In this document: positions 39,501 through 48,416 of the stretch, piece by piece
Position numbering within the stretch: position 1 is the stretch's first letter
How the letters are laid out: every line of letters begins with the position of its first letter
Source of the DNA: Vicinamibacterales bacterium
GTDB lineage: Bacteria > Acidobacteriota > Vicinamibacteria > Vicinamibacterales > G965249535
Length of the DNA: 64,000 nucleotides
NCBI GenBank assembly: GCA_965249535.1
Contig: OZ252241.1
Coordinates: 1,020,730 to 1,084,729, forward strand
Direction of reading: 5' to 3'
Position numbers and translations under genes: made by a program
The notes under the pieces: model-generated
Database searches by the model: none
Told to the model about the DNA's origin: nothing
The model's input: only the letters and a program-made list of their open reading frames with translations

Positions 39501-40052
39501 CCTGAAGGTTCGACCCACGTCGTCTTTCTGGCCATGCAACGAGCCGAGTGGGATAGCCGACGGCCTTTCCACCCGAACGAGAAGAGCGTCACCAAGCGCG
39601 TTACCAAGTTCGCGCGCCAGTCCTTGACTGAGCAATACGTCGTTATTGCCAGTTACTCGGTCGGTTGAATCGCGCCTATGAAACCGCCAGAACCGTTCGT
39701 CCACGCCGTAGACCTGCACGCCAGCGGCACGACGACCACTACCTTGGTGAGTGACAAATCCCTCAAGAATTATCAACGGGGCGGTATTGCTTAGAGTACC
39801 AACGACATCACCATCGGACGCCGAATGAAGCTGGTCGGCTAGGTCTTCTCGAAAAAATCCTCCAGACGTCACAACATGGTCCACTTCTCCTAAACGAAGT
39901 AGAGCTAGGCCATGCAAACTGTCTCGAACCGAGCTACCAACCAAAAGTGCACCGGCGAGCACGGCAACCGCAACACCAACCCCAGCGGTAACTGCCAAAT
40001 TCGTTCGCCAGAAATGCGTGAGATTCCGATAGACCAATCTGCGGACATTCAT
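36564..40052 (-). CDS. Very large duplicated FtsX-domain ABC permease (MacB-like)
   Basis: About 1162 aa from ATG 40052 (the track starts at 40091). There are two FtsX-type 4-helix modules, one mid-protein and one C-terminal (LRAVGYNARHLSIIVLAENAFLLFLG), and each follows a large extracytoplasmic region. Confidence 0.8.
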   Translation of the reverse strand: MNVRRLVYRNLTHFWRTNLAVTAGVGVAVAVLAGALLVGSSVRDSLHGLALLRLGEVDHVVTSGGFFREDLADQLHSASDGDVVGTLSNTAPLIILEGFVTHQGSGRRAAGVQVYGVDERFWRFHRRDSTDRVTGNNDVLLSQGLARELGNALGDALLVRVERPSAIPLGSLHGQKDDVGRTFRLSSQAVLSPEELGEFSIHPQQAPSRSIFMSLKRLQRDLDRQRQVNMVLLGNIDRRFENRSGSASSDITFVEDSLRKLVSLEDLGIKLRALETHGAILMESDAGFLTDALTETALSTAHRLGTDVQPILTYLVNRIRLGDREIPYSLLTALDLDRVSESLTSGSLSRGSGSEGSGFPLIVVNEWTADELGADLGDLLSVEYYVWADEGRLLTRETKFQLTGVVPLAGAAADQDLAPEYPGITKADSVFQWDPPFPINLALIRPQDEDYWDRYRTTPKGFISLAVGQDLWKSRWGQLTSLRFLPPEGLLEPTLTMFTEELRASIDPVANGFVVYPARALALEASAGVTDFGEYFTYFSFFLVVSALLLTSLFFRLGVEQRLKEIGMLRAFGFSSPRIRIVFWSEALILSAVGSAVGMVGAIVYADVIMHGLRTWWVDAVGTTALELHVSPYSLFFGAIGGIIAALASIALTLKMLSRATPRTLLAGSLPDAVSGLREDLQENICRVDESSGTLFSRLYRRLSLLVVAVILSIMGLVLLGGSLLGLISNTSGFFGAGMLFLCALLTAVWAWLHYEVAGRPLVTGTWSLMHIGFRNARYHPGRSLLCIGLITSATFIIVAVDAFRREGHEVLLDRTSGTGGYTLLADSVLPIIHDLGTDEGIEELYLGDLGDDIVGKIFFERFRVRPGEDVSCLNLYQAKNPRILAPTGEFLKSGRFTFRNSLARSEAERKNPWLLLDREQPDGAIPAIADATSLTWVLHLDVGDEFLINRETDHPIRLRIVAALSDSIFQRELIISENHFLDLFPDQEGYRFFLLDTPPEEEAAVTVALEDRLSDFGFDVVSASEQLAAFHRVENTYLQTFQLLGGFGLLLGTFGLAAVLLRNVLERHRELALLRAVGYNARHLSIIVLAENAFLLFLGLMIGTVCALLAIVPALFERGDRMSVASLGGFLVAIALTGLVTSVMATMVALRSPLLPSLKAE

Positions 40053-40065
40053 GGCAACCGTGAAA

Positions 40066-40731
40066 CTACCTTTCTGTAAGCCGATGATCAATCAACTCAA
40101 ATCGTCTGGAGCATTTTCCCGCTAGTTCAGGATTATGGGTAACGATGATGAGGATTACTTCCCTCTGCCCGCACAACTCTAGAAGAATTGACGCTACGAT
40201 TCCGGCTGAGTCACGGTCGAGATTACCGGTTGGTTCGTCACAAAGGAGAAGCAGTGGGTTGCGGATCAAAGCTCTCGCGATCGCAACTCTTTGCTTTTCT
40301 CCTCCAGAAAGCTCGGCGGGCAGATGGTCGAGTCTCTCCTTCAGGCCTACTTGACCTAACAGACTGGTGGCCCTGTCGACACCCCCTTGAAATGCATCAC
40401 CCACTAGAGTCGGGATCAGAACGTTCTCGAGTACCGTACACTGAGGTAAGAGTAAATGGTCCTGGAATACAAAGCCGATAAACTGGTTCCGAAACATCGC
40501 CAGTTCTCTCTCACTCAGTTGGAATGGGTTTTTCCCATCGAGTAAGACACTCCCTGAGTTTGGCGTCTCAAGTGCTCCAAGAATGTAGAGGAGTGTGCTC
40601 TTGCCGCTACCGGACGGCCCCATGATCGATGCTGCCTCACCGCGCGAGAGCGTTAGCGTTACGCGGGACAGGATTTCTAGCTGACCACGCGGTGTTGAGT
40701 AGTGTTTGGTTATGTTGGAAACTTCAAGCAA
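40066..40731 (-). CDS. ABC transporter ATP-binding protein (LolD/MacB-type)
   Basis: 221 aa. Walker A GPSGSGKST, signature LSGGEKQRVAIARAL, Walker B LLLCDEPT. Confidence 0.9.
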   Translation of the reverse strand: MLEVSNITKHYSTPRGQLEILSRVTLTLSRGEAASIMGPSGSGKSTLLYILGALETPNSGSVLLDGKNPFQLSERELAMFRNQFIGFVFQDHLLLPQCTVLENVLIPTLVGDAFQGGVDRATSLLGQVGLKERLDHLPAELSGGEKQRVAIARALIRNPLLLLCDEPTGNLDRDSAGIVASILLELCGQREVILIIVTHNPELAGKCSRRFELIDHRLTER

Positions 40732-40886
40732 AGGGATGCTCTTCTTGGACTAGTGTAACTCCTACAGGTTCACTTCTAGTAGTCTCACGAGTTCTTCACC
40801 AAGACACACGCTGAAGCTATAACACCCGATCTAAAAATTTCTTGGTCATCGCCTTTACGAAGTCATTCGTTAAGTTCGGCCGACAC

Positions 40887-42305
40887 CTACGACATCTGAA
40901 ACGCTCTCGGTCGAAAGAGAAAATCCACAATATTGCCTTCATGAGGTTGAAGCCAGTTGAGCTGAGTTGTCGGGATCGCACCTAGGTTCAATCGATCGAT
41001 ATTCGTCGCATCAAGAAGCGCTCGTCGAAATGAACTATTCTCAGTGATACCAGTCGCTACAAGAGTTGGACCTATCGAGTTAATGATCCGATCTTCCGGG
41101 CACTGGACAACGGTTACAAACGGGTACATGTATTCTTTGTTGGCAATTGACGCACCTGGGGTCTCGCAATGTACTACCGTGGGCCTTAAATAGTCGCACC
41201 GCTCAAGACTCACAAGTCGATCCCCGTCTCTGTACTTAGCCGTGATTTCTTCCGCTCCAGACTCCTGTAGGGCCACATCGATGTCCTTCGAGATAGCCGC
41301 TGCCTGGCCTGGTACCGTAAAAGCCGCCAGAACAGCCTCCGGATCATCTGGAGGAAGTGGACCCATGGGACCTACTCTGGTAGCCAACGCCTCAGCGATC
41401 TCCCGCGTATGCCGAGGCGCCCAAATGCTTGAGCAATTGACACAGCTACGCCCACTGTTGACAACCACGCTATCAACCATGAGATCTATATAATTCTCCC
41501 ATTCATCGATAGTGTCATCGCCGAAGATGATTTTGCTGAATCCAGGGCCGTGCACCTGGACTGCTGGGTTATTTTTATATAGCTCCACCGTTGGCGCTCC
41601 CCCGAAGATGAGGCTCCGTGAACAGTTATTGACAACCGCCGCACCAATCTCTCCTAATCCAGGATAGAGTGCAATCGCCTGCTTAGGTACTCCTGCTTGA
41701 AAGAAGGCTTGAGTCATCCTCCATGGCGTCCAGGGTTCTTGTGGACCGGGTTTAAGCATTAGCCCTATCTGAAGTGGGATAACCGGCAACCAAAGGCTAT
41801 GTACCCCCGGCGAGTTAGACGGAAGCACGCTGCCAAGTACAGGAGTCGTAGCCTGATAACTTCGCATTACTCCATCTTCCTGTCCAAATCCATCTGTCAG
41901 GATCTGCCAATCGAGGTTCCGGGTAAGCGCTTCAAGAATTTCGTCCAACTGGTCAAGTACATATCTAAGCTTTAGAACGTTCATCCGACACATATGCTCG
42001 GGTAATCCTGTTGTGGCGGACTGTTGCCGTACAAATTCATCGGGTGTTTGTGTTCCTTCACCCAACGGCAACGACTCTGAAGTAAACAGGGTCGCTGCTT
42101 TCTTAACCATCTTCAATAATTCGATGCAGGGAACCTCCCGCAGAACGTCTCGCGCCCGACAAGCATGTCGCGCGTCTCTCGCGATCAACCCAGGATTAGC
42201 CTGACTAACTTCGGCAACCGGCTCTCCAGTAGCAAAATGCACGACTCTTTCTACTTGGAGGCTCTTGTAGGGCTCGCCCCAGCGTAAAACCGGAAAATGA
42301 ACCAC
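40887..42305 (-). CDS. Divergent aldehyde-dehydrogenase-superfamily protein (ALDH/LuxC-like acyl reductase candidate)
   Basis: 472 aa. ALDH-like segments LPSNSPGVHSLWLPVIPLQIGLMLKPGPQEP, HGPGFSKIIFGDD (in place of ELGGK) and VNSGRSCVNCSS (catalytic Cys region). Confidence 0.6.
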   Translation of the reverse strand: MVHFPVLRWGEPYKSLQVERVVHFATGEPVAEVSQANPGLIARDARHACRARDVLREVPCIELLKMVKKAATLFTSESLPLGEGTQTPDEFVRQQSATTGLPEHMCRMNVLKLRYVLDQLDEILEALTRNLDWQILTDGFGQEDGVMRSYQATTPVLGSVLPSNSPGVHSLWLPVIPLQIGLMLKPGPQEPWTPWRMTQAFFQAGVPKQAIALYPGLGEIGAAVVNNCSRSLIFGGAPTVELYKNNPAVQVHGPGFSKIIFGDDTIDEWENYIDLMVDSVVVNSGRSCVNCSSIWAPRHTREIAEALATRVGPMGPLPPDDPEAVLAAFTVPGQAAAISKDIDVALQESGAEEITAKYRDGDRLVSLERCDYLRPTVVHCETPGASIANKEYMYPFVTVVQCPEDRIINSIGPTLVATGITENSSFRRALLDATNIDRLNLGAIPTTQLNWLQPHEGNIVDFLFRPRAFQMS

Positions 42306-42324
42306 TGGATCCTTAATCCGAAAC

Positions 42325-42825
42325 TCACTCTACAGTGATGTTAATGACAGCAGACAGACCTGCAAGCGTCCGATGTTCTGCATCACCGGCTTGCATGCAG
42401 AAGCTATGGTCACCAGGTTCTAACTGCATCTCGATTTCTGTTGATGCATCCCCGAAGTGGATCCAAGGATCGCCTTGGGGAACAATCTCCCCAGCCGGTA
42501 AACACTCCGTATCAACGCCAAGATGATGGTGGCCAGCTCCTCCGTGGATCTCACCATCGCCAACCGGTTCAATAACAAAATTCTCAGCACCAAACATGAA
42601 GGCGACCGGACTCTGTACCGTTGCCCCATCCGCGGGTTCAACGAAGAATACTTTGGGAGTGGCATTCTCGACTTCCTCAGGGGACGCTTCTGGTTGTGGT
42701 GCACTTTCTGGTTCTGGAGCAGGACCTTCACCCCCACAACCAACCACTGAAAGAGCTGCCGTAAGACAAATCACGCCGAAAAAGATTTCACTTTCCGTTA
42801 GCATCTGGTTAGGCTCTTGACACAT
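42325..42825 (-). CDS. DUF4399-domain lipoprotein
   Basis: 166 aa with GGAGG 9 nt before ATG 42825. Lipobox VVGCGG, a Pro/Glu-rich linker, then VFFVEPADGATV...GAGHHHLGVD...IHFGDASTE...LEPGDHSFCMQAGDAEH, which is typical of DUF4399. Confidence 0.7.
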   Translation of the reverse strand: MCQEPNQMLTESEIFFGVICLTAALSVVGCGGEGPAPEPESAPQPEASPEEVENATPKVFFVEPADGATVQSPVAFMFGAENFVIEPVGDGEIHGGAGHHHLGVDTECLPAGEIVPQGDPWIHFGDASTEIEMQLEPGDHSFCMQAGDAEHRTLAGLSAVINITVE

Positions 42826-42955
42826 TGGTATCTACCTCCATTACTAGTAGGGCGTTGGCTGAAACTCGCGACGTCAAGGTACCTCAATACGAGGTAGCAA
42901 TCAGATCCTGGTCATATCTCAAAACTAGTCAACACGAACAACAGACCATTACACA

Positions 42956-44059
42956 CTAGTACACACCCACCGTTGTCGTCGTAGCCAAGCGACTAAATGG
43001 TCGTACGCCACTTACACCATCCCAATGATACATTTCACAGGGAGGTTCACGTTCTCCTTCATCACGTTCCTCAAAGCGAGGCATAAAAAATTCTTTTGTT
43101 AAAGTCGTCAACATGACCCTCCCCGTTTCTCCGTATTCGACTACTCTGTCAGAATCATCAGCATCAACCACCTGTAGTACTGCGCGAGGGTGTGGAGCAT
43201 AATAAGTAATCTTGTAATCATTGTGCGGCCCACTCGGAGAACTCGCCGCTAATCCCATAAGGGTATTGCCGTACGTAGGTGTCATATAGACGCCGTCGAG
43301 TAATTCCTCACGCGCGAAACGGTTCCACTGTGGCGTAAACTCAGTACCACCCGAGAAAATACCCGTGATACCCGCTTGCTTAAGGTTCGATCCATCCTTT
43401 TCAAAACGCGTAGCAAGGGCTTCAAGTAACTTTGGGGTGGTAAACAGGCACTTTATGTCATGTTGAGCCGAAAGTATAGCAACGGCCTGGTCGACAACGT
43501 GTTCCTGATAGGCCCTCAAATGTTCCATCCAACCCTTCTGGATAAGCTTAACAACCCATCGTGGATCAAGATCAACACAAAAACAAATGCCACCACGATA
43601 CTGAGCGAGGTGCTCGACGGCAAGGCGCAACCGACGGGGACCACTGGGGCCTAGCATAAGCCAGTTCGACCCTCGCGGAAAATGCTCGTCCGGAAGAGTC
43701 TGGGAAAACAGTTCGTAGTCGACACGAAAGTCATTGATGCTAATCCGGCTCTTGGGAACACCCGTTGTGCCACCGGTCTCAAACACGTAAACCGGCTGGT
43801 CAGCATAGGCGCGTGGCACCCATCGGCTAACTGGACCACCTCGCAGTAAGTCACCCTCAAAATGTCCAAATTTCTCTAAATCGTTAAATGTGCGGATCTG
43901 CTTGCGAGGGTCCCAACCGGCCCTGTTGGCCCAATCCAGCCAGAAGGGACAGCCCGTTGCCGGGTCGAAATGCCAGGCTACGACTTCGCAGACCCACTCA
44001 TCTAAAGCTTCACCCAGCGCTTGAGCCGCCACTCGGTTAGAACGGGTCTCTGTACTCAT
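42956..44059 (-). CDS. PaaK/LuxE-like adenylate-forming enzyme lacking the C-terminal ANL subdomain
   Basis: 367 aa. FETGGTTGVPK (P-loop equivalent of SSGTTGKP), TYGNTLMG, and GETGRVMLTTLTKEFFMPRFEERDEG (compare PaaK GE.GELV.T.LTKEA.P.IRYRTRD). The ORF ends about 35 aa later. Confidence 0.6.
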   Translation of the reverse strand: MSTETRSNRVAAQALGEALDEWVCEVVAWHFDPATGCPFWLDWANRAGWDPRKQIRTFNDLEKFGHFEGDLLRGGPVSRWVPRAYADQPVYVFETGGTTGVPKSRISINDFRVDYELFSQTLPDEHFPRGSNWLMLGPSGPRRLRLAVEHLAQYRGGICFCVDLDPRWVVKLIQKGWMEHLRAYQEHVVDQAVAILSAQHDIKCLFTTPKLLEALATRFEKDGSNLKQAGITGIFSGGTEFTPQWNRFAREELLDGVYMTPTYGNTLMGLAASSPSGPHNDYKITYYAPHPRAVLQVVDADDSDRVVEYGETGRVMLTTLTKEFFMPRFEERDEGEREPPCEMYHWDGVSGVRPFSRLATTTTVGVY

Positions 44060-44109
44060 TTATGGTGAGAATCTTACACTAACTCGCATCTGGATTCTGA
44101 CGACCACGT

Positions 44110-44439
44110 TCAGCGGGACTGGTCAACCTTCGCAGCGAAGATGAAATCGCTTTCGGTTAACCCATCGATCTTGTGTGTCCAGATTGTTACTTTAACCTCT
44201 CCCCATGCCAGATGAATATCTGGATGGTGATCTTGCTGCTCCGCAAGTTCTCCAATGTGCCACGTGAAATCTAGGGCTTCACGGAAATTCTTAAATCGGA
44301 AAACCTTTTCGAGATGATGTTCATTCATTACGTTCCAATTATTTCCCAATTTTTCATGCAAACTTTGAATACCAGTACCCTTTAAAGGAGGAACACCGCC
44401 CCGGCAGGGAACACACTGCTTTGATGCAAGTTGGTTCAC
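44110..44439 (-). CDS. phhB: Pterin-4a-carbinolamine dehydratase (PCD/DCoH)
   Basis: 109 aa. CVPCRGG...F.F.NF..A..F...I..LAEQQDHHPDI...W..V.V...TH pattern. Confidence 0.85.
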   Translation of the reverse strand: MNQLASKQCVPCRGGVPPLKGTGIQSLHEKLGNNWNVMNEHHLEKVFRFKNFREALDFTWHIGELAEQQDHHPDIHLAWGEVKVTIWTHKIDGLTESDFIFAAKVDQSR

Positions 44440-44616
44440 AGCAACTTCCTTTCTAGCATAACCACAAATCGGAGCACTGACTTTGACACTGATCTCTTAG
44501 AAGTGCCTGCACTGAAGGATGATACTGACTGACTAAACCAGGTTACCTTTAGAAAACCCCACCTCTGCAGAAACAACTTAATTTATAGAGAACTATCTCA
44601 TAATATTTCTCTTCCG

Positions 44617-45612
44617 TTGCGAAGACTATACAATGGGCCGAACTTGAAAACACTTACGTTCTTGACCGCCGCGTTTCCCGGATGGGTACTTGTTGCAAGC
44701 CTACTTGCTCTCTTCTGGCCACATCTCTTCACATGGTTCAATGGTCCACTGATTACGATTGGACTAGGCGTCATCATGCTGAGCATGGGGATGACGTTGG
44801 AGTTCGAGGATTTCCGGCGTATAGCGAGAAACCGGTACCAGGTTCTGCCAGGCGTTGTGCTCCAGTATACAGTCATGCCAGCTCTTGGCTGGAGTCTCTC
44901 CTACCTCTTCGCCCTACCGACTCCTTTCGCTGTGGGGTTAATTCTAGTTTCCTGTTGTCCAGGAGGAACGGCTTCAAATGTAATAGCCTTTCTGGCTCGG
45001 GCTGATGTCGCGCTCTCGGTAACGATGACATCCCTCTCTACATTGCTTGCGGTCGCACTAACACCAACGCTTGCAGCGCTCTTGGCTGGAAGCCGCGTAG
45101 ACGTGCCGGTTAGTGGACTCCTTCTAAGCACAGTACAAATCGTAATCCTTCCCGTCATCGCAGGTGTATCGGTGAACCGCTACCTTCCTTCAGCCACAAA
45201 AAAAATACTCCCGATTGCACCACTGGTTGCCGTCATTATGATCACTCTCATCGTCGCTTCAGTGATCGGCAGCGGCCGTCAACAAGTTCTAGACGCTGGC
45301 TTCCGACTTGTAATAGCCGTCTTTTCACTGCACGCAGCAGGTTTTATGTTCGGGTACCTTGGCGGCCAACTTCTAATCGGTCAAATTCTCACATCTCGAA
45401 CAATCTCAATCGAGGTTGGTATGCAGAATTCTGGGCTAGGGGTCGTCTTAGCACAGCAGAACTTTACGAGCCCGCTAGTTGCTATTCCAAGCGCGATCTC
45501 GAGTGTTTTCCATTCTCTCATCGGGAGCCTTGTCGCTGCAGTCTGGCGCACATTCAAAGCGGCAGAGGCAACACTCCCCATAAACAGTAGAGCACCCTCC
45601 AAAGGCCCGTAG
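44617..45612 (+). CDS. Bile acid:sodium symporter (BASS) family transporter
   Basis: 331 aa, polytopic. IMLSMGMTLEFEDF, CCPGGTASNV and EVGMQNSGLGVVLA motifs. Confidence 0.85.
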   Translation: MRRLYNGPNLKTLTFLTAAFPGWVLVASLLALFWPHLFTWFNGPLITIGLGVIMLSMGMTLEFEDFRRIARNRYQVLPGVVLQYTVMPALGWSLSYLFALPTPFAVGLILVSCCPGGTASNVIAFLARADVALSVTMTSLSTLLAVALTPTLAALLAGSRVDVPVSGLLLSTVQIVILPVIAGVSVNRYLPSATKKILPIAPLVAVIMITLIVASVIGSGRQQVLDAGFRLVIAVFSLHAAGFMFGYLGGQLLIGQILTSRTISIEVGMQNSGLGVVLAQQNFTSPLVAIPSAISSVFHSLIGSLVAAVWRTFKAAEATLPINSRAPSKGP

Positions 45613-45714
45613 CAACGTGTTCTGACTCAACCAAAAGAGCATCCACTACTACAACAGTACATGTTGTCGCCTGCATACAATCCTAAGTTGTGAATCGTGA
45701 GAACCCAGACAGTT

Positions 45715-46326
45715 TTACGCCTCTGTCAGAGCCCTCTTAATGACGCTACGAACGGCGTCCGGAAGGGTTAGTGCTAGCGCGGCTTGGTGACCTTGGGGTG
45801 ACATCTTCTTCCATGTCTTACGAATAATTCTAACGATTTTATCTTCGTCGTGCTGCTTGGCAAAATCTGAAAAATGATTCTCAAGAAAGACCAAACAGAT
45901 GACATCCTCAAGAACTTGGACCTCTGGATCTAGTTTGAGTTTCTCCTTCCGCAAAAGGGTCTTTACGCGTTCCACGGTCTGCTCATCATAGTCAGAGTCT
46001 TTGAGAATCTCTCCCGCTCTATCAGCATGAAACTCTGCCGCCCGCGCTCGCCAGACCTTGTAACCAGATCGATCCATTGGATAATCGCTTCTTGGAATGG
46101 TCCACCTGAGGATATGCTGACATCGCGCGGCGAGTCGCAATGCCTCAGGGGCTTCTGGCATCATTTTTACTAGCCACGCCGTCATACGTTGCGCGTACAG
46201 CAGCTCTTTGGGGCGCTCGACTCCGTTAAAAAATTCGAGTCTTGGATCGTCCGAGTTCGCCGTATCAAAACGAGCAATAGCTAACTCAAAACGTTGTCGG
46301 GCAGACCCATTTTCAGACCCCAACAT
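45715..46326 (-). CDS. DUF4202-domain protein
   Basis: 203 aa. FDTANSDDPR...ELLYAQRMT.WL....P.A.EAL.LAARCQHI.RW.IPR..YP....GY..WR and LEDVICLVFLE. Its start overlaps the sat-cysC stop by 14 nt. Confidence 0.7.
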   Translation of the reverse strand: MLGSENGSARQRFELAIARFDTANSDDPRLEFFNGVERPKELLYAQRMTAWLVKMMPEAPEALRLAARCQHILRWTIPRSDYPMDRSGYKVWRARAAEFHADRAGEILKDSDYDEQTVERVKTLLRKEKLKLDPEVQVLEDVICLVFLENHFSDFAKQHDEDKIVRIIRKTWKKMSPQGHQAALALTLPDAVRSVIKRALTEA

Positions 46327-48034
46327 AGCCCTCTTGTTTCAAGTGTACGAGGATCTGCTGTGCTGCTAGTTCAGGGGTAATATCGGTTGTATCAATAACC
46401 AGGTGAGCGTCTGACGGTTCCTCATAGGGATCCGAAATTCCCGTAAATTCCTTAATGATTCCTGCTCGGGCTTTGGCGTATAAACCTTTTCTATCTCGTT
46501 GTTCACAGATCTCCAGCGGTGTCGCGACGTGTACCAGGATAAAACCACCCAAGGGACTTACCATACCCCGAACCTGTTTTCTAACCGCGTCGTAAGGTGC
46601 TATCGGCGCACAGAGAGCAATTCCACCGTTCTTGGTTATCTCTGAAGCAACGTACCCAATCCGATTAATGTTGAGATCACGATGTTCTCTGGAAAAACCA
46701 AGTTCCGATGAGAGGTGTCGGCGGACAATGTCGCCGTCCAGAAGTGTAACAGGCCGTCCTCCCATTTCGAGGAACTTAACCAATAGAACATTAGCAATGG
46801 TTGACTTCCCTGAACCCGAAAGCCCCGTGAACAAAACCGTAAAACCCTGTCGATTACGTGGAGGGTGACTTCGTCTCAATTCATCAGCCACGTCAGGAAA
46901 AGTAAACCATGGTGGAATATCTCGACCTTCTGCAAGATGATGTCTTAGGTCTGTACCCGATATGTTTAAAGCGTGTTTTCCTGTCGGCACCTCGTCCTGA
47001 GCAACGTATGAATCAAGCTCTTGGACGTATACCATCATCTTGAACGGCACCATCCTTACACCTACCTCTTCCTCATACTTCCTGAGGAGATCCTGTGCTT
47101 CGTAAGGCCCGTAAAAAGGATTCCCCGCTGAGTCACTACCGGGACCAGCGTGGTCCCGACCGACGATCAGGTGACTACAGCCATAGTTCTTACGAATGAT
47201 GGCATGCCATACCACCTCCCGAGGTCCAGCCATTCGCATGGCCAGTGGAAGAAGTGAAAGCATAGCCGTCTTCTTGGGATACCGATCAATAAGGGCCTGA
47301 TAGCAACGGACTCGGGTATAGTGATCAACATCACCAGGCTTAGTCATTCCGACAACTGGGTGAATCAGTAGGTTAGCTTTTGCCTCCCTAGCTGCTCGGA
47401 GCGTGATCTCCTGATGCGCACGATGCATCGGATTTCTAGTCTGGAATGCTACGACCTCTCGCCAGTCTCGCTTGCTGAACTCAGTCCGCAGGTTAGCAGG
47501 CGTGTGTCTCAATTGCTGATAGTCGTAATGTGATACCTCCTGAAGTCCTTCGAGACGTCCCCCGACATAAAATGTTTTTGTTGAGTCAAGAAGATAGGAA
47601 ACACCTGGATGATCTTGATTAACCGAACTAAACACGGCTTCAGCTTCAGCCTTACGATCTGGCTGCCAAACGTCCTCCACATGCAGGACGGCGAGCATCA
47701 CACCTTCTTCATCCCTCAATGCCAGAACAGAATCGAGCTTTAAGGTCTTAGCCACTTCCTCGGTTACGTCTAACATTACTGGCACTGGCCATAAAAGACC
47801 ATTGCTTAGCCGCATCGACTGGCATACACCCTCATAGTCAATCCGGGTCATGTAACCACTGAGCGGTGAAAATCCACCATTTAGTAAAAGCTCAAGATCG
47901 CACAACTGGCGCCCTGTAAGGTCATGGGATGGCCAATCCCGCGACCCTGCCTTTATTTCGATCGCTCGTTCACGATCAACAATGAGATCGACCAGTTTTC
48001 CCCCATGGGGATCAGGAAAGGTCTCTTTCACCAC
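46313..48034 (-). CDS. sat: Bifunctional sulfate adenylyltransferase / adenylylsulfate kinase
   Basis: 573 aa with a GTG start and GGAG RBS. ATP-sulfurylase motifs QTRNPMHRAHQE and VGRDHAG. The C-terminal APS-kinase domain has an intact P-loop (FTGLSGSGKSTIA) and LDGDIVR. Confidence 0.9.
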   Translation of the reverse strand: MVKETFPDPHGGKLVDLIVDRERAIEIKAGSRDWPSHDLTGRQLCDLELLLNGGFSPLSGYMTRIDYEGVCQSMRLSNGLLWPVPVMLDVTEEVAKTLKLDSVLALRDEEGVMLAVLHVEDVWQPDRKAEAEAVFSSVNQDHPGVSYLLDSTKTFYVGGRLEGLQEVSHYDYQQLRHTPANLRTEFSKRDWREVVAFQTRNPMHRAHQEITLRAAREAKANLLIHPVVGMTKPGDVDHYTRVRCYQALIDRYPKKTAMLSLLPLAMRMAGPREVVWHAIIRKNYGCSHLIVGRDHAGPGSDSAGNPFYGPYEAQDLLRKYEEEVGVRMVPFKMMVYVQELDSYVAQDEVPTGKHALNISGTDLRHHLAEGRDIPPWFTFPDVADELRRSHPPRNRQGFTVLFTGLSGSGKSTIANVLLVKFLEMGGRPVTLLDGDIVRRHLSSELGFSREHRDLNINRIGYVASEITKNGGIALCAPIAPYDAVRKQVRGMVSPLGGFILVHVATPLEICEQRDRKGLYAKARAGIIKEFTGISDPYEEPSDAHLVIDTTDITPELAAQQILVHLKQEGYVGV

Positions 48035-48416
48035 ATAATCTCCAGAAAAATTAGGAAAATCTACAAGGCCTTGACCGTTGGATATAAGTGGTCCAAAAGA
48101 TCAAGGTAACTACATCACTCGTTACTCATTCTGCATAGGCACAATCAACTGCCAATGTGTCTTTCCGTGGAGCCAAAGTCTTCGAAAGGAGATATGCTCA
48201 CCTGGAACACTTGCGGTAACTGGATATGCTCCATTTCAACCCGCTCCTACTAGACTACCCTCATATTATACCTTAAGCTGATCGGATTTTACTGACTAAC
48301 AGAGCTGCGTGAGATAAAGCTTCAGTGCGAGTGCGTTAGTTTGTCTTATTCTATCTCTATAGTTTTTAATGCTGGCTATGTTTAAGGAAGCAACGAAGAT
48401 AAGGTAGGGTAACCTT

